Positions 37,205-48,916 of a stretch of 64,000 bases of DNA are shown piece after piece (position 1 is the first letter of the stretch; the number at the start of each line of letters is the position of its first letter). A program made the translations under genes and the position numbers. The DNA is taken from positions 8,432,001-8,496,000 of the forward strand of contig CM060734.1 of NCBI GenBank assembly GCA_030704615.1, written 5' to 3'. The notes below the pieces were generated by a model. It was not told where the DNA came from. It did no database searches and saw nothing but the letters and a program-made list of their open reading frames with translations. The DNA comes from Takakia lepidozioides (taxonomy: Eukaryota > Plantae > Bryophyta).

Positions 37205-39448
37205 ATGGGGAAAGAGAAGAAGTCCCCAGCCCCAAAGAAAGGGGCGGAGAACCCGTTTGCCCTACGGGCACGTGTGACGCGGGCTGGCGTCTCATGGTTT
37301 ACCAGCCCCGTCGGCAGCCGCAGCCAGAGGGCTCATCTGCCCCCTCAGGCCAGTGCCCCCCCTCTTGTCTCCGTCTTGGATTTGCCAGGGGCCGGCTCTG
37401 CCACCTCTCCTATTTGGGAGGTTGTTGCAGGGCCGGACGCTCAGTTGAGCACACCCCCGGCCACCAAGACAGGTGAAATGTACCTTGGCAAGCGCATCAC
37501 CCGTTCGGGGGCCCAGTTTGGGCAACTTTTGGATGTCACCCCTATAGAGACCCCTTCCTCCGCAGCAAAGGCCGCACTTGCCAAGGCCCAAGGTCAGGTT
37601 GAAGGGCCACGAGGATGAGGGAGGAGGAGACGAGGAGGGCCAATGAGGCGGCGGACATAAAGAAGTGCCGCGAATTAGTCAAGCCGGGTGAGGGCTTCTA
37701 CCCTGCGGAGCATTTGGGGGGGGAGGAGGTATGGGCCGGTGGAGAGGCCAGCCAATCAGTAATGCCGCCCCCTCAGCCTGAGCGGTTAGCAAAGAAGGGC
37801 CTGGACTACGGGCCGCCCCTGGGGGCCATGGCCGTTTGGAATCTACTTCCAGCGGCGCTCCGGGAGGGGAAAGCGCGGGGACTCCTGCCACATTGGGTGA
37901 CACCGGGGCTGAGTCGGCCAAGGTTGCAAAGGTACAATTGTCGCATCTTGTTCCATGTTTTGTCCTTTCCTTTGCATGCATGATTTTCTTTGTTGTTTGT
38001 TTCTTTTTTTGAATTTGGGGGGGTTATTTGTTTTCAAGAGGCAACAACATTCTTGACCACATTGGTGCAGTCCGGTGGGGTTGCCAATGACGGAGGGCAC
38101 GTGGTGTTCATGAGGACCCAAACACCAAAGGTAAGAAGAAGAGGCCTCGACCTCCCGAGGTCCCTTTTACCATCATTGAAGGGGCTGTCGAGGAGAGAGA
38201 GAGAAGGGAGAGAGAGGAGAGAGTGGAAGTAGCGGGGAAGGGGAAAGACATAGTCACGGAGAAGGGGAAGGAAAAGAAGAAGAAGAAGAAGAAGAGGTCC
38301 CATGAAGACGAAGGGGTGATTGTGCATGTGGGGGAGGCCAATGGGATAAGAAGGACCTTCTGCCATTAGCTGAGTTTGCCTACAACAACACTATACATTC
38401 TTCGACCAAGCAAACTCCATTTTTCTCAATTATGGTCATCATCCTCGAGCAAACCCTTTTCCACATGAAGACTGTTGGAAGCCTTGCTGTGGAAAACCTT
38501 GCTACTCATCTTGCTACTATTCACAAGGAGCTTGGGCGGCTATGAAGAAGCCAGCCTTCGAACTCGCATCGTTGTGGTTCCCTCTACACATCGAGTGGGC
38601 TGATCAGCACTATGGCCAAAAGCGGGCGTATGCCCATGAGTTAGACCGCCGATTTCCGGGCAATTGGAGTGAGACAAGGGTGATGGAGATGGTGGGGCGG
38701 AACTTGAAGGACAAGAGATACCGTGCCAGAGAGAGAATTCGGAAGGCAATGGCAAATGGGGTCCAACCGAAACCACCTTTTGGAGTTTCACAGGTTGGCA
38801 AATCCTTGAATCATTTCACCTTCCATTTGTTGCATGTGCATTAATGAGGTGGATTCGATGCAACGTATGTGTGTAATTCACTAATTGTGTGTGGGGGGGG
38901 TGCATAGGTATCGTGGGATGTGCTTATTGCGGGAGAGAAGGATGGGGTACCCAAAGCCAAATTTGAGAAGGCACGCGAAGCAACAACAATCCGCCTTCAG
39001 AAGCACGAATCCACACACAAGTGGGGCCCCACCGGATCCAAGGGTTTTATCTTGCGATTTGTAAGTCATACTTCCCTATGTATTTTGTTATGTCTTCTTT
39101 CTCGCTCCATCATCGTGAGGAACTGACTTTAATTTGTGGCATGTGTAGGAAACCGCGTTTGAGAGGAAGCCATCTTCGATAGAGTACGACTACGCCAAGC
39201 AGCATGGTTGGCAAGCCCTCATGAAGAACATGGCCAACACGGAGGGGATGAGTGCGCTACAGGGCACTAGTATGGGTGAGGGGGGGGGGTCAAGGCCAAG
39301 GATTGGATGAGAGCTCTGTGGGAGTTAGGGGAACGCCGCTTGAGTACATGCTCAGGCAAAAGGTGCGGAGTCATCAGGCTCATCGGATAGCTCTGAGTCC
39401 TCCTCTGAGGATGAGGATGAGGATGAGGATGAGGATGACTGGTCGTAG
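37205..39448 (+). pseudogene. Spliced TnpA-like (Ptta/Transposase_24-like) gene remnant
   Basis: Exon-like blocks with GT/AG edges: WADQHYGQK..LDRRFPGNWS..GRNLKDKRYRAR..PPFGVSQ|GT, ..STHKWGPTGSKGFILRF|GTAAGT and ETAFERKPS; acidic tail. Confidence 0.5.
38352..38533 (+). pseudogene. Isolated gypsy integrase fragment
   Basis: Translates, with one frameshift, to DLLPLAEFAYNNTIHSSTKQTPF/LNYGHHPRANPF, the typical integrase C-terminal core. Confidence 0.8.
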
Positions 39449-41161
39449 TCCGTGTAGGTCCCAGGGTCAGCCTACTGAACCCTTGTGAGCAAAACATTTC
39501 AGCTCATTGCTTGTAAATATATTTCCATCTTTCCATCTTCCCTCTTATTCATGTTTCGCACCGGCCTCATCCTTGATTCATGCTTGATCAAACCTATGCA
39601 ATAACCTATGCTATGTACCCGTTAAATCAGAGCAATGGAAGCTATAAGGTCTTCCATCACCCCAAAAACAAACTAGGGAAAAACCAAAAATCACCCCCAA
39701 TTCACCCCCCAAAATCAACCCCAACCCCCCCCCCCCACCAAGCGGAATGCCACGGAGGGTGTTGCTTGCACCAACGCCCTTGCGACGGGTATTTCTGGCT
39801 TGCCACGGGAGGGGGTCGGAAGCTGCGATGGCCCGGAGTCGCTACCACCCATTGCGTAGCAACGCCCGACCCCCCCCCTGCGACTGGTTATTTTTCCTTG
39901 GCGACCTCCGGGGGTCGCTAGTAGCGACGCCGCGGCGTCGCTGTTCCCACTCCCGCCCTACGCAACTTGTTTTTTTTATAAAAAAAAAATAGAAATATGC
40001 GACTCCCGGGAGTCACTGAAACCCACGGCCGGGCGTCGCATAGCCCGACTCCCCTCCGATGACGTTTTTTACGTATGCGACGTCCGGGGGTCACTTTTTT
40101 TTTAGTATGCGATTCTCGGGCATAGGAAAAAAAAACAACGTTGCGACGTCGGGGCATCCAACGCCGTCGGCTGGAGGGCAGCGACGGTCGGCCATCGCTA
40201 GCAGGAGGCCCCTGCCAGCGCCCTGGATCGCCAAGTAGTGACGTCCGAACATCGCTGGAGGAAGACAGAGGCTTGTGACCCCCATCCGTCGCATTTTTTA
40301 CGACGATATTCCAGCGACGCCCTGACAACTGGCATGCGACTCCAGGGCGTCGCAAAAATGGCCCCCCGCCTCAGCTTCAAAATGGCCGTTTAGCGACGCC
40401 GCGGCGTCGAAAACCCCCCCGATTCGGATTTGATCTTGTTGTGATATGCAGTTTCGTAGATCTTTGGGTCAAATAGACTAGAATATTTCCATTTCCACCG
40501 TAGGTCAATTCTCCGTGACCCTTGAGTTTCCGCCGGAATTCCCCGACGTCCCTGCGAGTGGCCGAGACTCCGGTGGAATATAAGCGCTAGTCCCCTTCGG
40601 TAAAGTGCTTGTTCTTGCTGTTACCTACCGGAGGACCTCTGTCCCCAAAAAAGACAGAGCAAGCCTCTTTGAGGCTCGTTCCCTTTTCCTGTAGTGATGG
40701 AGCTTTGACGGATAGTGAGCAATGCACCCTTTTGTTTTGTGAAGAGGAAGTGGACCTGCATGAATGCCCTCCCGCTCTTGACAGACGACGAGCAGCAGCC
40801 ACAGGTAGCCCAAAACACCACCTCCTTCTCACGTTTTTCATGTTCTATTCCCTTTGAATGTTGGAAGTCGCCACAGACTTCCCAAATGCCTGAATGGTGT
40901 TCTGATCACTTCCTATTATGTGGGAAGTCTGCATAGACTTCTCACATACACAACCCTGTTTTCATGGAAGAGAGTAGTGCATCCTAGCTGTTCCCACATC
41001 CACTACTGGTTTGTTAATAGAACAGTGAGTTATGGTGAGCAGTTTGAATTTGGTCGGAGTGCAGGTCTTGATTGGGAAGTCGGTACAGACTCCCCAGAAC
41101 AGTGTAGGAAGTCTGCACAGACTTACAAGTGTGCGCTGAGGTAATTGGGTTTTGTGTGCAG

Positions 41162-41610
41162 ACTAGGGTGTTCTATGCTTTTTGGCTATTGAAGAGCCCG
41201 ACATACGCCTGCGAACTTGGCCGGGATGCCAAGAAACTCGATTCGGACTTCAATCCGGTGGACATCGACATTGTGCGGAATTTCGTCAGCAAAGACAGGC
41301 TGTACACAAGACGTGATGGGACTTGGTTCAGAGGCGCCAAAGAAAAAAGTCCAATGTTCCTACAGACTTTTATGGAGGTGCTGACTAACGTTGGTGGCAA
41401 GATTGTCGACCTCACTGCAAACTGTGGCGCATCGATGGTGGCTGCACAAGTTTGTGGTCGCCACTTACGAGGAGAGCTTGTAAGAGAGAAACTCGTGGGC
41501 CTACAATGTGATATGCCTGCTACCCCAGATCCCGTGGCCACAATGGACTTGACACCTGATGAGTGGTTCAGGGAATCTGGTGACCAAGCTGTGCATGTCC
41601 ATGTACTGGA
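41162..41610 (+). pseudogene. Exon encoding an N6/N4 amino-DNA-methyltransferase-like C-terminal SAM-binding region
   Basis: KEKSPMFLQTFMEVLTNVGGKIVDLTANCGASMVAAQVCGRH matches the beta-class pattern xKPxxLxxxxIxxxTxxGDxVLDxFxGSGTTxxAAxxxGR. Acceptor TGTGTGCAG| at 41161 and donor GTGAGT at 41611. Confidence 0.6.
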
Positions 41611-43309
41611 GTGAGTAAGTTTGTTGTTCCTCTCGTTCATTTTTTTCTAACTAGATAGTCGGCGCAGAATTGACAATTCTTCTTTGCTCTCCTTGCGTGG
41701 CATGGCTGACCATGGTTTCATTTCCTACTAGAGTGATGATATTCCCTCAATTTGCACAAGGAGGCCAACTCCAATGACGCCAGCAACTGGCCGTGCTGCC
41801 TCATTAATGGCTGCACGTCAGGAAGAGGAAAGAGGAGGGCATAGATTGCCGAGAAGAGGGTAGAGTTTCATCGAAAGGCAGCTGCTGTTCTCTTTACCCC
41901 ACCCAAACCTCTGTGTCTTCCTGAGTATGCACCAAAGATGGCAGAAAGGCTAGCTCAGCAGGAGTCCCCCGAATTGTCGAAGAGGCCAATGTGGCTAGGT
42001 GACACTACAAGAGATGAGCGTTTTTAGGACTACGGGTTTGGCGGAGTCATAAAAACTGCACTAGGTACATGACTACAGAGCGCTGAAATGCATTACAGTT
42101 TTAGTTTTATGACTTTGTAGTAATGGATATCACTACATGACTCCGGAAAGTTAGGAAGCATTGGTCAAACATTGTTGACCATGATGACAGGGATGGTTTA
42201 TATGACTAGTGTGATATGTTTGACTACACGTGGACGACGTTTCATGGAATCTTATGACTCCATGACTGAAGATGGTTTCAGAGCTCTATTTATACGACTA
42301 CATCACTACACGTGTCATTTTGAAGGCACATATAATGCAAATAATGTTGCCCATTAGGTTTAAAAAAGTTTAAAAAATTGCTAATAAGGTTGCCCATTAG
42401 TGTAATCGTGAACAGAAAGGAGGGCTGGGACTTGGCGTCTTTTTGTCTCCTGCGCCACACCACATAGCTGAGGGATGGAACGCGATGATAGCAGGATATG
42501 CAGGGGCGTGAGATGGAGGCGTTGAGCAAATGATGCACGAAGGAGGAGAGGAGGAGGAGACGAGACGAGGACAAGCGAGCTCGCCGTTCTTGGGACAGTC
42601 AGCTTGGTCTTAACAAGCATGTTTCAATCTCTGACTACTCATCTACGCTGTAGTGGTTCGATCTGACAGACCAATCCGACATTACCTGACTACAGACACA
42701 AGCAGCACACACAAGAGGTCATCGGTCAAATCCTCCATGGGTCAGGACAGGTCAAGGACAATGTGGTAGGGCACCTTCTTCTTCAACCTATTTCAGCCTG
42801 TGTTGCCCTCTCATCAGACTCGGCCGCAAGATGCATATTGAATTCTGTAAGTTAGGTCGTTGGGTACATCTGTGGTGGTTTGGAGTGACTTTGGCAAGTT
42901 ACTGCCAGTGTGGCAGCAGGGAAGTATCCAAAAACATATAATAGAGGTGAGGAGAAGCGGTGGGGTGAACACTTTCCGACCCCAATGGTGGGACAATGGA
43001 GACAAAAAGGCGAATGCCTGTTGGACTACAGAGAGAAGCAGATGCATTTCAGATTGTGATAAGTAGGGTTGGGGTGTTTTGGGGAAGAACTCCACACCAG
43101 TATGGTTGGGGTGTTTGCTGGTAGAATCGTAGGCTGTCAGAGGCATGGATAGCTGAAGGAGCAGGGATAGAGTGTGGGTCCACATTCATCCAAGAGGGCT
43201 GGATTTCAAGCTCCACATTACCTATGATTCCCTGTGGAAGGATAGGTACAAGAAACCTACATGGGTAGATGGTCAACTGGAAGCGACATGCTGTACTATA
43301 TGTCATTAC

Positions 43310-44290
43310 TGTACTATATGTCATTCCAGAGACTGTCATTGTTGGTCCATGTGTTTTACAACAATGCTATCAATATAAGACTCCTGGTTCGCATTGGAAG
43401 CTCAATCCCTGCAAGTTCATTGTGTGTGAAGCTCAAACTTGCGATTTGAAGATCTTGTAGCCAAGTTCATTCAACCGGAAAGGAGAAATTCTGAAAGCTC
43501 CCAAATTTGATGTGGGCAAGCTTATGGAGGTAAGACTTAGCTTCCCTCCTCTAATGTAAGTGTTGGATAAGTTTATTTAGTGTCGACCTTCACTGCATAT
43601 ATTGGCTCTTTTCTTGGCTGGTTTCATATTTTCTTGGCTGGTATGCTGTTGGTTGGCTTCTTTCATTTCACGTGTGTATAGTGGAAAGGGAGAAGTACTT
43701 TCCTAAGTTCTGCTGCAACAATGTCTTTTTCCAGCCTAGATGTTTTCGATGGATACAAATTGAAGTGCTTTGAATGTTGCTGCAATACTATAATAAAGTG
43801 GAGGGTGCTGAATGCAGTTGGCCTTGCTTCGTGCAGGCATAATCCAGGGAAATGTGGACATAGCTGAAACCCCATGATAGCATTTCCAGAGGACGGTGTG
43901 GATGGCCTCACAATCCAGCATGCAAAATCCATGACAATGTGGAGTTGGCTGAATGGGCAAACAGGTTAAGTGGCGAACAAGCCACGTCACTGGTACATAG
44001 TTGCATGCTTACATAGTACATGAAAGCGTACTATATGTCATTCCCAAAATTGACCATGTTGGTCCATGTATTTTACAACAATGCTATCAATAAAAGACCA
44101 ATGGTTCGCATTGGAAACTCTATCCCCGTAAGTGGCTTGTGCGTGATGCTCAAACTTGTGATTTGAAGGATCTTATACCCCAGTTCATTGCAGAGGTCAT
44201 TGGAAAAGACATTGAGAAGGCAACAACCGTTATCTATAATCTACAGATCCCCTTCAATTTGATGTGGGAAAGCCGGCTGGCTGGAGGTCT
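43310..44290. repeat. Diverged direct repeat (about 250 bp, about 717-bp spacing) in the CACTA non-coding region
   Basis: TACTATATGTCATTCC...TTTTACAACAATGCTATCAATA...GGTTCGCATTGGAA...GCTCAAACTTG at about 43312 and 44029. Confidence 0.75.
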
Positions 44291-44640
44291 AGTCTCACTT
44301 TCACTCATCTAATGTCAGTGTTGTATCCATTGCAATGTGGAGATGTTTGAAACAACATTGGAGCATTTCCAGAGGATGGTCTGGATGGCCTTTTGTGGCG
44401 TGTGCCGAATCCATGGCAAGAAAACATTGCAGGCAGAACCCATGGCAATGGTACCAGCACGGGTTGGTCCAAAGCCAATTGCAACAACAAATGAATAAAG
44501 GGTGCTGAAAGGAAAGCACTCCATAATTGATCATAAAATCCAGTGTCCAAGCATGATATCTTAATGGGAATGCGAAGGGAGTGTTACCACCTTAAACTAT
44601 CATGCATGGTCTATAACTGGAGTGCACAAATCGCGCATAT

Positions 44641-47600
44641 CTAATCTTCATCATCCTCATCTATGTCTGGGTCACTACATGTATCACTGTCTTCATCACA
44701 GACTTCATCTTCTCCAAGGGTTGGCTGAACATCATCACCACGTATACGGGGTGCTCGGAGGTACAAGGAGGCCACCTGCTCTGGAGTAACCGGTACCGCT
44801 CGGCTGCATGTTGGGCCATCAGTAACCACAGTCTCCTCTAGTCTTTGTGGGGCTAACAATCCTTCCACTTCCGCCACATCATCATTATCAATTGATATGT
44901 CGCAGACCACTCTACGTGCTCGGGGGCTCTTCTCCAGGACGACTTTCCACCCCGGCTCCTTCACACAATCAGAAAAAAACACTTGATCAACTGGCCAGGA
45001 AACACAAAAGGTTGCTCAGAAGGTGGAAGCATACGGTTAAAATTGACAAGTGTGAAGCCAGCATCATCCTGCTTCATTGACATAGGTTGACGACCCACGC
45101 GACTCGCCCGTACCCACGAACACAAAAACACTATAGGCTGTGTTTGGCCATAGTCAATTTGCAAAATCTCCCTTATAAGACCCACATATCTTGTAGGTTC
45201 CTCCATGTCATTGCCTGAATTGTTGGTAATGGGCTGGTGCTGGAAAACAGATGAGACTCCACAATCAAAAGACACCATACTTGTTGTGTTCATGCCGGGG
45301 GATGTAACCCTGTAATGGTTACCATACGCTGTCATACTCTTGAATGACAGGGCAGTAAATGATGGAGGCCTTGAAAGATCCAGTAATTCCTCATGTGTTG
45401 TAGGATCAAGCCCATCTGATTGAATTGAGAGATGATCCCGTACACCTTGAGGGAGCCAAACAGCAAATGGAGGACAAGGATGCAAATCAGGAGGGTACTG
45501 AATTGCCGTGGGATTGCTCATGCCTTCCAGCCCTTGCTCCTCACGAAACAAGCGTCGTCTGGCTTCTATCCGTGTGGACTCTGCTTCATATATCCTGTCA
45601 CAATCCGAGGGTCAGCCAGGAGATTGACAGAGGTGGCGTGGGAGACTTGAAAAGACGCCATATGCCAACTAATGATAAATGACTAAAACTTGGAAATCTG
45701 AATGTCAATGAAGTAGATTTCTTACCCCAACATGACTGATAGACGAGGATGGTTCTGAATGATGTACTCATGTACAATATCACACAGGTCATTCAATTTT
45801 GGGCTTTAGAACTTCCTTCCACAACTTCACGTTCCACAGATTCTGCCTCATCTGCATCCCACACCCTTCGTACACTTCCATCAAATCCTGCCATATACTC
45901 TGTGCAAAAACCCAATGCTTCTTCAAATTGGTATCCTTCTGCCATGCTCCCCTGGGCCTTGCCATGTTTCTTACGTAGCCCTTCATATCTTTCATTGCCC
46001 GCTCCATGGGGTACATCCAACGAGATGCTACGGGCCCGCATAAGTACAACTCATCCACTAGGTGAACAACCAGATGTGTCATCACATCAAAAAATGATGG
46101 TGGGAACTCCTTCTCTATAAGACACAGAGTGAGAACTGCTTCAGTTCTCAATTCCTCATACTCTACAGGATTCACCACTTTTGCACACAACTTCTTAAAT
46201 ACACGACATACTCGCAAAATGGCCCTTCGAGGACCACTTGGCATGAGCCCACGGATAGCAAGCGGTATAATTTGCTGCATGAGCACATGATAGTCATGTG
46301 ATTTCATGCCTGACAACTTCTTCTTCACCACATGCTTTTTGAAAGCTGATGCGTAGCCTGTTGGCACTTTCAAGTTCTGCACAATCTCCAGAAAGACTTG
46401 TAACTCAGCCTCAGTGAGGACATAAGGGGCAGGAGGCATAATTAACGTATCTGCTCTGTCAGGATCACGTTGTAGCCACAATTCCGGGCGCATCCCAAGT
46501 AGCTCCAAATCACGGCGAACTTTCAATGTGTCTTTCTCACCAAAGATAGTTTTAATAATATTTTCAGCCAAGTTCTTCTCGCAATGCATTGCGTCAAACG
46601 TGTGGCGGATGAGGAGACCCTACAAAATGAACACATAAGCAATTGAGCATTTACTCATCACAATTTAAACAGAAAACGCAAAAATGTACACAGCCAATTT
46701 AAAGGCCATGAAGGAATTACCTCCCAATAAGGTAAGACATATAAAATTGACAATCGCTTAACTCCATGAGTTTTTGCTGGGTCTGTCCTGCTATCTGGCG
46801 TCCCTCCGTTTTCCACCCATGCAGTGCGAGCTGTTGCAAGGTCCTTGATTTGTGTTCCAGTCTGCGTTTTTGGAGGAGTTCCATGCTCAGTAGCGCCATT
46901 GAACATTCTTGACCTTCTATATGGATGATTGCGGGCCAAAAATCTTCGGTGGCCTAGGAAAACAATTTTTCCACATGTGTGTAACTGCTGTGAAGTCACC
47001 CCGGGTCCACAAGCTGGACAACCAGCATAACCTTTCGTCACTTGACCTGAGAGCAAGCCATATGCAGGGTAGTCATGGATTGACCACATCAACACTGCCC
47101 TCAGTGTGAATTCGCGTTGACCACGAGGACGGGAAACATCATGAGCTGCAATCCCTCTCCATAGTTCCAATAGCTCTTCCACTAGGGGCATCAGGTAAAC
47201 ATCTACGTTGTCCGAGGTAACAGACTCCTTACCAGGAATCAGTAGCGCTAACATGACAAAGAACTTTTTGGTCATTAACCACGGAGGCAGATTGTAATTG
47301 ACCAAGAGAACGGGCCATGTGCTCCAACTTGTGGATTGAGCTCCGTAGGGATTTACACCGTCTAAGGCCAATCCAAATCGCAGAGATCGTGGCTCTGCAG
47401 CAAAATCCGCAAATGTGGTGTCAATGTGTCTCCATGCTTTGCTATCAGCTGGATGTCGAACCAACCCATCCTGGCTCTTATGTCTGTCGTGCCATGTCAT
47501 GAGGTTAGCGATCGATTTACATCGGTACATACGTTTCAACCTTGGAATGACAGGGAAGTGTCGCAATACTTTCTTGGGCACACTTCCACGACCTGGAATG

Positions 47601-48791
47601 TAACGGGAACTGCGGCACACTGGGCAAATGTCTACATTCTCATACTCCCCACGGAAGAGTACACAACCACGCTCACAGGCATGAATCATCGTGTACTGCA
47701 ATCCCATCTTGGCAATCATGGTTTTTGCTTCATAGTGAGTTTTCGGCAATGAATTCTCTCTAGGCAAAAAACTCTTACGCAACAATCCCAGAAGCTCATC
47801 CACAAATGCATTGGTGCACTTGTGGGTAGTGCATGCGTTCAGCAACGTCAAAGTTGCTTGCAGCCGGCTGATGGAGCACCCTTCAAAAAGTGGACATTGC
47901 GACGCTCGGAAGAGTTTATCATACTCGGGATCAACGTGCAGGTGAGCATTCTCATCAAATTCATTGTCTCCGGAATCGTCGAGATCATCGTCATGATCGG
48001 CAAATGTGTGATCGGTTCCACCATGAATGGGGTCCTCTCTGTTTGCATCTGCAAAGAGAAACGCTTCCTGCAATGCACGCTGCATTTCTACCTCCAATCC
48101 ACCACTCTCATCTGCGTTCTCTGTGACATTGGGCTCCCGCTGTGCCGCAGGGCCTTCGTCTTCATCATCTGAATATTCACATCCCTGCATCCCAATAGTC
48201 ATCTTGTGAGTGGACCAACAACGATGTGACACTTGTTCATATTATGACATAGGAGGCACGGTGACGTTGCAGTGATGCAGTCATATTTACGTATGTATCT
48301 TATGAATATACACCCAATCAAAACACGACATTTGTAACCATTGAAGTCATAGTTGCAGTCACTTACTTAGTCATATATGACTACATGACTACACATGACC
48401 AATGAAAACACGACATGTGCATTAATTAAAGTGATAACGGAAGTGGCGTAGTCATACTCACGTCTGTATCTTATGACTTCTTGACTACAATCACCCAACG
48501 AAATGTCGACATGTGGAGAAGAGGATCGTTGCATTCAAAATTCAAACTAAAGTGCTGAAGGGAAAGTGACGATCTTACCGGAAGAGAACAGCGTTGGAGA
48601 AGAGGATCCCTCCCGTGTATCATGTAATGATTCCTCACTGTTTCCAACAAGAGTACTTTTCCTCCATGACACTCATCGCAGTTGCATAGCATTTTTGTAT
48701 GCCCATTCCTTGTGGCATAAGCTTCTTCCATTCGCCATAGACGGTCATCTATTCTACGCCTACGCATCCGTTCGCCACCTGCACTGTACAT
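44641..48791 (-). pseudogene. tnpD: CACTA TnpD transposase (exons 48791-48579, 48184-46721, 46619 onward; distal exon structure uncertain)
   Basis: Transposase-associated CNCDEC..H domain; IHACERGCVLF..CPVC; Transposase_21 core HPADSKAW..GLALDGVNPY..STWPVLLVNYNLPPW..DYPAYG; DAMHCEKN, KSHDYH, WMYPMER; GT-AG introns in phase; frameshifts near 45955 and 44975. Confidence 0.92.
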
Positions 48792-48916
48792 GCTTTGAAC
48801 GTCACCCCTTCCCTCTTTGCATGCTACGCACAGTGCATTGTCTCTAGTTTTGCACCAGCTGCCAATGTGCTATTTCTATATCTATAGTATACTATAAGTA
48901 TCGTTTCTGAGTGTCC

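Larger units (their letters stand above)
37076..40443 (+). mobile_element. Right part of a CACTA/En-Spm-type element (CACAA end variant); probably extends left of the MULE
   Basis: Terminus ...GATCTTGTTGTG (reverse complement CACAACAAG) at 40443, preceded by about 700 bp of GCGACG/CGTCGC subterminal repeats; TnpA-like exons upstream; left end not found. Confidence 0.7.
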
